Shown piece after piece: positions 9,959-18,744 of a stretch of DNA of 64,000 bases. The DNA lies in IMG/VR virus record IMGVR_UViG_3300025395_000007; one strand, 5' to 3'. How positions within the stretch are numbered: position 1 is the stretch's first letter; each line of letters starts with the position of its first letter. The position numbers and the translations under genes were made by a program. This DNA comes from a virus. Below the pieces are notes generated by a model. It saw only the letters and a list, made by a program, of their open reading frames with translations, did not search any database and was not told the origin of the DNA.

Positions 9959-10488
9959 ATATCTTCTATATTGATCATGACCCTATGCAAGCTGCCGAGT
10001 GGATGGTTGATAAACACGTAGTTAAAATGATTCTCGAATCAGCTCAACTACTTTCTACCGCCCATCGCGTTTTAGATGGCAGACAAATCGAAGGCCAATC
10101 AAAAACTGGCAGAAAAGCTAAACGGTGGATTCTCGATGATGGTCGCGAAGATGTTTTATATTCTGCGACGCATATCAATCATCCATCTGCCGTTTGGTGT
10201 CGCGAATCAATAGAGAATTATAACTGGCTGGTAGATCACTTCTTTGCTCTCATGAACGAATACACTTATCGTTATGAGAAGCAGCATAAGTGCTATGGTG
10301 AAATTTCATACATGCTTCAATCACCTCCGAAGAATTTAGAAAAATTCGATTGGACAACTATGCCTTCCTGTATGACAGATGAATATATTATATCAAATGA
10401 TCCAATAATCAATTACCGTAATTATTACAAAATCGGTAAAGCAAATTTACACAATTGGAAAAAACGTAAACCACCAGAATGGATTTAA
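9955..10488 (+). CDS. Pyrimidine-dimer DNA glycosylase / DenV-related protein
   Basis: MNIFY..D.DP...DKHVVKMILESAQLLSTAH and THINHPS..W motifs. Confidence 0.7.
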   Translation: MNIFYIDHDPMQAAEWMVDKHVVKMILESAQLLSTAHRVLDGRQIEGQSKTGRKAKRWILDDGREDVLYSATHINHPSAVWCRESIENYNWLVDHFFALMNEYTYRYEKQHKCYGEISYMLQSPPKNLEKFDWTTMPSCMTDEYIISNDPIINYRNYYKIGKANLHNWKKRKPPEWI

Positions 10489-10489
10489 A

Positions 10490-10684
10490 ATGGACGATAT
10501 TAAAATTAAACAAAGAATGAAAGAGCTTATGATACCCATTGATCAGCAGATTATGATGACTGATGATCCAGGTGAAGTTATGATGTTGGCTTGTGCAATG
10601 CTATCAACTGTAAAGCAAATATTTGATTTGCAACTTGGCGTTGATGGAAGAAATAAAATGTTTAGGAGTATTATGGATGAGTAA
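10490..10684 (+). CDS. Hypothetical protein
   Basis: ORF packed tightly in the operon. Confidence 0.6.
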   Translation: MDDIKIKQRMKELMIPIDQQIMMTDDPGEVMMLACAMLSTVKQIFDLQLGVDGRNKMFRSIMDE

Positions 10685-11096
10685 TTGGTTTGAAGATGTA
10701 AAGGACTTTCACCGCGCATTTGGTCAGCGTATTGGAGATAAGCCAGAATTGGCGCAAGATTTTACTGAGAGAAATCTTAGATGCAGTTTAATGGATGAAG
10801 AATTTAATGAATATATTGAAGCTGAAAATAAACACGATCTTATAAAAGTGGCTGATGCTCTAGCTGACATTATCTACATTGCTCTTGGCACAGCTGTATC
10901 ATATGGCATTCCTCTTGATAAAGTATTCGAAGAAGTTCACCGTAGCAATATGGCGAAGCTCGTTGATGGTAAGGTTCTTCGTCGAGAAGATGGCAAGATT
11001 CAAAAGCCAAAGGGTTGGACTCCACCTGATATTGAATATGTGATAAAAAAGACACATGAAGAAAACACTTTACTTAATCAACAAATTGGTTTATAA
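10677..11096 (+). CDS. All-alpha NTP pyrophosphohydrolase (MazG/HisE-like)
   Basis: EEFNE, DALADIIY and EVHRSNMAK...DGKIQKP motifs. Confidence 0.85.
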   Translation: MSNWFEDVKDFHRAFGQRIGDKPELAQDFTERNLRCSLMDEEFNEYIEAENKHDLIKVADALADIIYIALGTAVSYGIPLDKVFEEVHRSNMAKLVDGKVLRREDGKIQKPKGWTPPDIEYVIKKTHEENTLLNQQIGL

Positions 11097-11097
11097 T
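11069..11097 (+). promoter_or_regulatory. Sigma70-type promoter for the modification cluster
   Basis: TTTACT-N17-TATAAT. Confidence 0.55.
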
Positions 11098-11141
11098 AAT
11101 GCATATATACGATTATAGATATTATTATAACGGAGAGAAAA

Positions 11142-12446
11142 ATGGTTAGAACACTTGTTGTAAAAAAGCGCGATGTAGAACATGTCCTTGGTACATTCAT
11201 CACCTGTGCAGATTATGCCGATGAAATCATTCAAGAAGATTGTGATTTGTATGCAGAATCGCTTGATGGAACTATCTCAGAAGAGAATATTATTTTCAAG
11301 TATCGCAAGAATGTTTTCAGTCAGGAAGAAATGGATGCGGCCTATACTGGTTTGAGAGATGCTGCGACTGAATCACAGAACCGTGGACTTGCCGCTGGTC
11401 CTCGTGGTGAACAACTTGGGGCTGAAGGTCGTGGTAATCGCGATTGGGTTAGCCCAGAACAAATTGAAATCCTTGCCTTTCTTGGTAGGCCATTAAATTC
11501 TTTTGATGATGGTACTACAATCGAAACGATTAAGGAAAGTCATAAGAAAGGTTCTAAGGAAGAAACTCGCGGTCAGGTATGGCTTCGTTCTGCAGTATTG
11601 CAGAAGTATGAAGAATACCATGGATGGTTTGATAAGTGGCTTGCTGGTATTCATAACCTTTCGCGTGAAGAACAGATGGCTGAAGCAAAGCATATTGTTG
11701 AAAATTATATTTCAGAAACAAATTATGCACAGTCAGTAATGTCTGGTATTGCTGGATACTTCGATCGTTATCCACGTATTCCATATGGTCGTGCAACTTC
11801 ATATACTGAAAAGAATTATGATAAGTTTGCGCTTGTTTTTCCATATCTTCGCAAACTTAATCAACAATTTAAAGAACTACTTCCTGTACGTTGGGGTGCA
11901 CAAAACGAATGTGCTCAAAAACTCGATCCTCGTTTTCGTATTGATGAAACTGTCTTTACGACATTGACAGTTAATCATAACTGGCGTACAGCTTGTCATA
12001 GAGATGCTGGAGACTTACATGAAGGATTCTCGAATATTTGCGGCATTACTGGCCCTGAAGGTAAAGGTTGGAAGGGCGCTGAGTTCATTCTTCCAGAATT
12101 TGGTATCGCTATTAATCTCCAGCCTGGAGATATGTTGCTCGTCAATAATCATGGTGGTATTCACGGTAATGATGCACTTATTGGAGATGATAATGATCGC
12201 CTTACCTTGGTATCTTATTTCCGCGAAAAGATGCTTGATCTCAAAGCTTGGGATTACGAAAACCTCCGCAAGCAATATGTCGATGAAAGACGAATGAATA
12301 AAGATCATCCACTTCATCGCCATCTTTGGAATGGTGTTTCTGCAAATATGTGGGATGAACAAGAATGGTATGACTATATGAAGAAGCATAATATTGCTGA
12401 CCCATATGGCAAAGAAGCAGCAGCGAGCTTGGATTCATTCTTCTAA
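11142..12446 (+). CDS. Tet/JBP-family 2OG-Fe(II) dioxygenase (putative DNA pyrimidine hydroxylase)
   Basis: FTTLTVNHNWRTACHRDAGD (HxD), IHGN and RLTLVSYFRE motifs typical of TET/JBP enzymes. Confidence 0.8.
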   Translation: MVRTLVVKKRDVEHVLGTFITCADYADEIIQEDCDLYAESLDGTISEENIIFKYRKNVFSQEEMDAAYTGLRDAATESQNRGLAAGPRGEQLGAEGRGNRDWVSPEQIEILAFLGRPLNSFDDGTTIETIKESHKKGSKEETRGQVWLRSAVLQKYEEYHGWFDKWLAGIHNLSREEQMAEAKHIVENYISETNYAQSVMSGIAGYFDRYPRIPYGRATSYTEKNYDKFALVFPYLRKLNQQFKELLPVRWGAQNECAQKLDPRFRIDETVFTTLTVNHNWRTACHRDAGDLHEGFSNICGITGPEGKGWKGAEFILPEFGIAINLQPGDMLLVNNHGGIHGNDALIGDDNDRLTLVSYFREKMLDLKAWDYENLRKQYVDERRMNKDHPLHRHLWNGVSANMWDEQEWYDYMKKHNIADPYGKEAAASLDSFF

Positions 12447-13126
12447 TGTGTGGTGTGCTAGGTATAGCGATTAAAAATTTTACAAAGAAAGACCACGATT
12501 TAGTTCGTGGTCTTTTCATTCAATCTATGATCCGTGGTAAACATGCTAGTGGTGTTTCATATGTCAAAAACGGAATTGTAAATACAGTTAAAGAATCAAT
12601 ACCTGCAGAAGAGTTTATATTAAAACAAAATTTAGATAATTGGAGAAATGAAGATGGAAACCTTTATTGTATTGGTCATATTAGGTATTCTACTTCTGAC
12701 TTGCGTTTTAATCAGCCCTTTGGAACTGATTTACTGGGCATTGTTCACAACGGAGTTATATCCCAAGAACCACCAGAAACTTGGGAAGAGAAATATGGAT
12801 ACAAAACAGAAACTGCAAATGACTCAGAATTGATTTTGAAATGCTGGGAACAACATCAAAATCCTTTGAGCGTTTTTCCTGAAGCAAGCATGGCAGTTTG
12901 CGGTATCAGTTACAATAAAAAATTAACTGCATTTAGAAATGCGGAAAGACCTTTGTATTATTACACTGATGAAAGGTCTAGTGTGTTTGCTTCAACTAAA
13001 GATATTTTAAATCGTTCTGGTTTATCATCTGTAACTAAAACAAAAATGTATGAAGTTATTACAGTTGAAGATTTTAATCTGACACGGCTTCCTATGAATG
13101 ACATTAATGTAGAGGACTTGCAATGA
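12446..13126 (+). CDS. Class II (Ntn) glutamine amidotransferase
   Basis: N-terminal MCG, RG.HASG, GHIRYST, HNG and DSE motifs. Confidence 0.9.
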   Translation: MCGVLGIAIKNFTKKDHDLVRGLFIQSMIRGKHASGVSYVKNGIVNTVKESIPAEEFILKQNLDNWRNEDGNLYCIGHIRYSTSDLRFNQPFGTDLLGIVHNGVISQEPPETWEEKYGYKTETANDSELILKCWEQHQNPLSVFPEASMAVCGISYNKKLTAFRNAERPLYYYTDERSSVFASTKDILNRSGLSSVTKTKMYEVITVEDFNLTRLPMNDINVEDLQ

Positions 13127-14007
13127 ATTACGATCCAAAAGATTATACATGGGGCTACGAAATTGAGTGGGGTGATATTGACAGGCGTACAATTATCCCT
13201 TCGCATTTAGGTAAGTGGGAATTTGCTGAAACAGATATTGTTAATTTGAATGGCGAGTTTCGTGGCCTTGCATGCGATCCATTAGGTGAATCACCTCCAG
13301 TTGGTGGTGAAATTAATACAAAGCCAACTGCAACTTGGCAAGATCAAGTTGAACGTATTATGGAAATTAAAAAGCTCTTTACTGATTTAAAACAATCACC
13401 AACAGCTTCTTGTGTCAATCATGGTCATCTTCATGTCTATGTTCCTGGATTGAAAGATGATATTCCTGCATTGAAGAAGTTAGTTAAGTATATTCGAGAC
13501 AATCAACACATTACAATTGATAGATTATATCAGTACCGTCTTGATCCTCTTATGTCCAGTGCTAAAACTGCCAAGACATATTTGAAGTGGGATGGTGGTC
13601 GTCCAATGCCCGACTATATGTGTAACAACATTATTAGTCTTACACAGGACTTCGAGCATTTTATTAAACTTCATGCGGCTGGTAAAGATGGTGTATCAAT
13701 GGGTCGGCCATTCCGATATGCAATCAATACATATTGCATGAAACATACTGGAACAATTGAGTTCCGTTGTTTGCGTTCTTCAACAGAGCGTAGGGAAATT
13801 GAAGACTCATTTAGGTTTGCGGAAAAGTTTATTGAAGCTGCATTAAATGATGGTCCACCAGTAGAAGATATTCTTAGCGAATATGATTATCAGTTTCCTA
13901 AATTTAATTACGACCATGAAATGTATCTCGGCTGGGAGAAAACAAAATATGATAAGTCAAGAGGCAATAAGCAACGTGAGTTCCTTTCAGTTGAGGCCAA
14001 CGACTAA
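13123..14007 (+). CDS. Amidoligase (COOH-NH2 ligase, glutamine-synthetase-like fold)
   Basis: GYEIE, GGEIN, HLHV and GTIEFR motifs. Confidence 0.8.
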   Translation: MNYDPKDYTWGYEIEWGDIDRRTIIPSHLGKWEFAETDIVNLNGEFRGLACDPLGESPPVGGEINTKPTATWQDQVERIMEIKKLFTDLKQSPTASCVNHGHLHVYVPGLKDDIPALKKLVKYIRDNQHITIDRLYQYRLDPLMSSAKTAKTYLKWDGGRPMPDYMCNNIISLTQDFEHFIKLHAAGKDGVSMGRPFRYAINTYCMKHTGTIEFRCLRSSTERREIEDSFRFAEKFIEAALNDGPPVEDILSEYDYQFPKFNYDHEMYLGWEKTKYDKSRGNKQREFLSVEAND

Positions 14008-14503
14008 AACTGAATTCATTGCTTCTCTTACTGATTTAAAAGAAGATAAGTTTGCCAAAACATTCGTTGCTAAATGCAACATGATGGATGATTGGGATAA
14101 ATGTAGGGGTGTGTGGATCGACGGTAGACTTGCAGGAGCTATCGTCGTTACCATTTCAAAACGTAAACCAATCACTGCTAATCTTCAACTTCTCCATACT
14201 TTCCATGAGTTCAGAGGTAAGGGTGTTGCTCGTAAATTGTGCGAGTGGGCAAAGGATCATGCTATTGAAATGGATGCAGAATACTTTCGTGTTTCTGCGG
14301 AGTTTGATGCGGTTCCATTTTATGAGAAGTGTGGATTTAAATTCGTTTGCAAACAAAAAACAGCCAAGCTCGCCATGTTTAAACTTTCTGACCCAGATAT
14401 TATTGATGAATACATTTGGAAAACGATGAAGAAAAAAGGTAAAGGCGGATGCGTAGAGTGTTACGTTGATTATAAAGGTGTTGACTTTTTTCAAGAAGTA
14501 TAG
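13976..14503 (+). CDS. GNAT acetyltransferase (start uncertain; frame open from 13883)
   Basis: FRGKGVARKL acetyl-CoA motif A and AVPFYEKCGF. Confidence 0.85.
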   Translation: MSSFQLRPTTKTEFIASLTDLKEDKFAKTFVAKCNMMDDWDKCRGVWIDGRLAGAIVVTISKRKPITANLQLLHTFHEFRGKGVARKLCEWAKDHAIEMDAEYFRVSAEFDAVPFYEKCGFKFVCKQKTAKLAMFKLSDPDIIDEYIWKTMKKKGKGGCVECYVDYKGVDFFQEV

Positions 14504-14509
14504 TATAAT
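14481..14509 (+). promoter_or_regulatory. Sigma70-type promoter
   Basis: TTGACT-N17-TATAAT followed by an AGGAG RBS. Confidence 0.8.
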
Positions 14510-14533
14510 ATCTATATAACTTAGGAGATTGTT

Positions 14534-15811
14534 ATGGATTACGATGCAATCGTTTACGGCTGGCGTAATATTGAAAATAAAATGATGTATGTGGGGTTCC
14601 ATAAAACCCAAGAAGAATTTGATGGATATGTCACTTCTTCCGAAAGCGAAGAACTTAGACATGCATGGTCACATGGTCTTTTAAATCGTACAATTCTTTA
14701 TCGTGGAACTGTTTCCGAGTCTATCACTTTTGAGAATTTTATTCTTAAGAGTGTTGATGCTCGCGTCAATCCTATGTTTTATAACCGCTCGAATGGTGGC
14801 GGCGTAGGCTGTCAATCTTTTGATATCATAACAAAAGATATGAAGAAGATTGCAGAAAAGTGGTTAGGTGGTAATGACAATATCAATAAATTAAAGCGTG
14901 AATTTCTCGCTAATAAAAAATTGGTTAAGTCGATTAAGAAAAAGATCGAAGCAGGTCATTATGTTATCTTCGAAGAGAAGATAGAAAACCTTGTCAATCT
15001 TCCACGCAACCAAGTTCGTTTGGTTGATTATGATCCTGATCATCTTCAAGAAATTACAGAGAGCATGCGATATGACCCAAAGGGTGCACGCAAATTAGTT
15101 TCTCCTGTAATTGTTTCTGTAGATGCAGAAGGATATAAACTAATCCTTGATGGCAATCATACCACAACTGCCGCATATAATGCCAAGTGGACAACCCTTC
15201 CTACAATCTACATTAACAGTTCAGACTTCGAGGATAACCAAGCTAACTATAATGATTTTGGATTGTTGATGAACCATCATCCAAAGCGTAAAAAATCTAA
15301 TACGAAAGAAGATTGTAAGAAAGCAATTATGAATCTTCTAGAGGTTTCTAAATTAGAAATCGGTTCATCTCAATTCCGCGAATGTTGTATTATTAATCTT
15401 GAAGAATATTTCAGTAAGCCAACAATTACTGCAAATATTAATTCTGTGGCTACAATTTTAAAAGAGCAACAGGATATTATTAAATACAACTTTAAGAAGT
15501 ATGGTAAATCTGATATTGAACAAATTACTAAAGGTTGCGAATATTTGAATCCAAATAAAGCGATTATTTCTATCACCTCTGATTCCTCATATAATGCAGG
15601 GGTTGGCGCTATTCTTAATAAGATGGGCGGTCTGGATTGTTGGGAAGGAATTATGCTTGTCAATCATAGAAATATGCACGAATACGATCGACGTAATGAA
15701 CATCATTCTAAACTTATGAAAGCACTTGAACGTATTCATCCAAATGCAAAAGTTGAAGTTCAATACCTACCTTCCTTCATTGATATGAAAAATAATGAAC
15801 TCCATCAGTAA
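14534..15811 (+). CDS. GIY-YIG-like N-terminal domain fused to a ParB/Srx-like domain
   Basis: IVYGWRN...MYVGFH...DGY...E...FYN (Seg-like); later NQVR...SPVIV...ILDGNHT (ParB-like). Confidence 0.55.
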   Translation: MDYDAIVYGWRNIENKMMYVGFHKTQEEFDGYVTSSESEELRHAWSHGLLNRTILYRGTVSESITFENFILKSVDARVNPMFYNRSNGGGVGCQSFDIITKDMKKIAEKWLGGNDNINKLKREFLANKKLVKSIKKKIEAGHYVIFEEKIENLVNLPRNQVRLVDYDPDHLQEITESMRYDPKGARKLVSPVIVSVDAEGYKLILDGNHTTTAAYNAKWTTLPTIYINSSDFEDNQANYNDFGLLMNHHPKRKKSNTKEDCKKAIMNLLEVSKLEIGSSQFRECCIINLEEYFSKPTITANINSVATILKEQQDIIKYNFKKYGKSDIEQITKGCEYLNPNKAIISITSDSSYNAGVGAILNKMGGLDCWEGIMLVNHRNMHEYDRRNEHHSKLMKALERIHPNAKVEVQYLPSFIDMKNNELHQ

Positions 15812-16781
15812 ACAACGTAAACAAGATTTCATAAATTGGTATAAGTGGTCGCTGTCCATTAAGGATTGCGACCCCGCCATTTTTATGACCAATTATCTTT
15901 TTGATAGATTTGAGCATAACAAAGAACAAAAACTTTGGATTGCTTGGATCTATGGTACAACGTATTATCTTCCAACAACATGGGTTATATGGAATGAATT
16001 CCCAGACTTCGAACTCGTCGGGCTTGAACGACTCCGCGAATGGAATAATAACAATTACAAACGGCTCCGTTATCAAACTGACACCAAGTGGAACAAAGGT
16101 CATCTTCCAGCCCAGTTCGAGTCGTACAAAAACTGGGTGGGAGATAAAACTCAACGCGAAGCATTTGCGCCCTATCTCATCGGAGAGCCAAGAGAAAACT
16201 TTGACCGACTCTGGCCAGAAATAAACAAGCTCCATAAATTCGGAAGATATTCTTCTTGGTTCTATATGCAAACACTTAAACAGTGCTGCGGTTTATCAAT
16301 TGAACCGAAGAATCTAATGTTGGAAGATCATGACGGTTCGCGTTCACATCGTAATGGTCTTTGTATGGCTCTTGGTCTAGATGAATGGTACGATCAAAAA
16401 CTTAACGCGCAACAGATTAATTATCTCGACGGCGAAGCTTACTACATACTTCAAGAGGTAAAGAAAGAATTTCCCACTACTGATTATTTCGATATGGAAA
16501 CTTGTCTTTGTTCGTTCAAAAAACTATTCCGTAAAACACGTGGACGTTACCTTGGGTATTATATTGATAGACAGGCAGAAGAAATTTCGCAGTGCGCATC
16601 AGATGACTGGAAAGGTATTGACTGGCAACCGCTTTGGGATGCCAGAATTGAAACTTTAGAAAATAAACTGTTGACTAATCGCATAGATAATAGTAGAATG
16701 AGTCTATACCTAGATTCTAACGTGTTGGATGCCACTGGACTTTTCGAAAAGAAAAGTGTTGGTCTTGAGGGGTTTTTTTAA
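15795..16781 (+). CDS. Amino acid:DNA transferase (aG/PT-PPlase family, HhH-glycosylase fold)
   Basis: DCDP, W..WIYGTTY, KFGRYSSWFY and ETCLCSFKK motifs; adjacent to a P-loop kinase. Confidence 0.75.
   Translation: MNSISKQRKQDFINWYKWSLSIKDCDPAIFMTNYLFDRFEHNKEQKLWIAWIYGTTYYLPTTWVIWNEFPDFELVGLERLREWNNNNYKRLRYQTDTKWNKGHLPAQFESYKNWVGDKTQREAFAPYLIGEPRENFDRLWPEINKLHKFGRYSSWFYMQTLKQCCGLSIEPKNLMLEDHDGSRSHRNGLCMALGLDEWYDQKLNAQQINYLDGEAYYILQEVKKEFPTTDYFDMETCLCSFKKLFRKTRGRYLGYYIDRQAEEISQCASDDWKGIDWQPLWDARIETLENKLLTNRIDNSRMSLYLDSNVLDATGLFEKKSVGLEGFF
16671..16699 (+). promoter_or_regulatory. Internal sigma70-type promoter upstream of the kinase
   Basis: TTGACT-N17-TAGAAT. Confidence 0.5.
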
Positions 16782-16901
16782 TGAAAGTTATTGAGATTTG
16801 CAGTGTTCAAAATGAAAACGAATCATAGCAGGTTTAACATAGAGTCAGTGGGACTGCCATCCGTGACTGACAATATATTTATAACATGGGAGATTTTAAA
16901 G

Positions 16902-17438
16902 ATGCGTGTGATAGCGATTGGTGGTGAGCCTGGATCTGGTAAATCCACATTAATGTGGAAGTTGATTAATCATTATCAACCGAAGCCTATGTATGATGCA
17001 TATAAGTTAGTTCCATATCTTCAGAAGGATAACATTTATATCCTTGGTAAGTATGAAGAAGGTGAAGTGTTTTCTGGCACTGATAGGATGAGCATGGCTG
17101 TCCAGCCAGAAGCTATTAAATTTTTAAGCACATTAAATGATAGCTCAGTTGTTCTTTACGAAGGCGATCGTTTGTTTACATCTTCATTCCTTGAAGATTG
17201 CGCTGAAAAATATACTCTTGAGATTATCTATCTTTCAACCTTAAAGGAAGTTAGAACCACGCGATACGCAGAGCGTGGTAGCAATCAAAATGAAACTTGG
17301 TTGCGTGGTCGTGAGAGTAAAATTGGTAACATTCTAACTAATTTCGATTTGATGTTTTTAACAGAGAAGTTTTTAAACAACAATCTAGATGAACAGAAAG
17401 TAGTATTTGATAAAATTGTGGAGAAGATAAATGAATAA
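16902..17438 (+). CDS. P-loop kinase, putative 5-hydroxymethyluracil DNA kinase
   Basis: IGGEPGSGKST, GTDRMS and YEGDRL motifs; GGGAG RBS; neighbourhood. Confidence 0.7.
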   Translation: MRVIAIGGEPGSGKSTLMWKLINHYQPKPMYDAYKLVPYLQKDNIYILGKYEEGEVFSGTDRMSMAVQPEAIKFLSTLNDSSVVLYEGDRLFTSSFLEDCAEKYTLEIIYLSTLKEVRTTRYAERGSNQNETWLRGRESKIGNILTNFDLMFLTEKFLNNNLDEQKVVFDKIVEKINE

Positions 17439-17874
17439 TAATGGAGGTTATGTAGTAGGTGCTATTGGTTCTACCAATTTTGGGCATTATCCTACTGGAT
17501 CAAATGGAGGAGTTGATCCTAATTTTGATGTAATTTACGATGAATCTGGAGGAGTTATCGGCACAGCTGGTAAATTAATCAGTACACAAAATAAAAATAT
17601 TTCGTATAAATATGGCGAAGATACCTATATTCAAGAAATTTCTGACTATATAGATAAGACATATGGTCAACATTACTCAAAAAATCAATTTCAAGCAACA
17701 GAGTTTATTATTGACTCTGGACATGGCACAGGATTTTGTATTGGTAATGTTTTGAAATATGCTCAGCGTTACGGTAGAAAAGGCACCCGTGATGAATGGC
17801 GAAAAGACCTAATGAAAGTGATTCACTACGCAATGATGCAATTACATGTCCATGATAATGAAGGAAGTAAATAA
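17431..17874 (+). CDS. DUF3310-like protein
   Basis: HY...GFCIGNVLKYAQRYGRKG...DLMKVIHY. Confidence 0.65.
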   Translation: MNNNGGYVVGAIGSTNFGHYPTGSNGGVDPNFDVIYDESGGVIGTAGKLISTQNKNISYKYGEDTYIQEISDYIDKTYGQHYSKNQFQATEFIIDSGHGTGFCIGNVLKYAQRYGRKGTRDEWRKDLMKVIHYAMMQLHVHDNEGSK

Positions 17875-18728
17875 TGGAAATTAATATTAATATTGAAGAT
17901 CTAAGAAAGCGTAAGCTTTTTGTTGCTACACCAATGTATGGTGGTATGTGTGCAGGTATGTTTGCACGGTCAGTTGCTGACCTCTCTGCAATTTGTACAC
18001 AATATGGAATTCCGCTTCAGTTTTATTTCTTGTTCAACGAGTCTTTGATTACTCGCGCAAGAAATTACTGCGTTGATGAATTCATTCGGTCAGGCGCTGA
18101 TCATCTTATGTTCATTGACTCTGATATTGGATTCAATCCTCAGGATGTTATTGCATTGATGGCTCTTCAAGCTCAAGATGAAAAGTATGATATCATCGGT
18201 GGTCCATATCCTAAGAAGTGCATCAGCTGGGAAAAGATTAAATTGGCAGTTGATAAGGGTATCGCTGACGAAGATCCAAATGTTCTCGAGAAGTTCGTTG
18301 GTGATTATGTCTTCAATCCAAAGGGTGGCCAGCAGTCTATCTCTATCGCTGATCCATGCGAAGTTCTTGAAATTGGTACTGGCTTCATGATGATCTCGAA
18401 GCAAGCTATGTCTAAGTTCTGTGATTTCTATCCTCAGTATATGTACAAGCCTGATCACGTTCGTACTGAACACTTCGATGGCACTCGTAAGATCATGATG
18501 GCTTTCCAAGCTGAAGTCGATCCTAAGTCTGAGCGTTATCTTTCAGAAGATTATTGGTTCTGTCAGAAGGCTCAGGAAGCTGGTCTTAAGACTTGGTTCT
18601 GCCCATGGATGAAGATGCAACATGTTGGCACTTATATCTTTGGTGGTTCGCTCGCCGACCTCGCATCGATCGGTGCATCTGCTACTGCTGACCCAAGTGC
18701 GCTTGGTGGTAAAGCAAAGAAACTTTGA
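17874..18728 (+). CDS. GT-A fold glycosyltransferase-like protein
   Basis: VATPMYGG, SLITRARN, FIDSD (DxD), GTGFMMI and SEDYWFC motifs. Confidence 0.7.
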   Translation: MEININIEDLRKRKLFVATPMYGGMCAGMFARSVADLSAICTQYGIPLQFYFLFNESLITRARNYCVDEFIRSGADHLMFIDSDIGFNPQDVIALMALQAQDEKYDIIGGPYPKKCISWEKIKLAVDKGIADEDPNVLEKFVGDYVFNPKGGQQSISIADPCEVLEIGTGFMMISKQAMSKFCDFYPQYMYKPDHVRTEHFDGTRKIMMAFQAEVDPKSERYLSEDYWFCQKAQEAGLKTWFCPWMKMQHVGTYIFGGSLADLASIGASATADPSALGGKAKKL

Positions 18729-18744
18729 AACAAGGAGATATATT

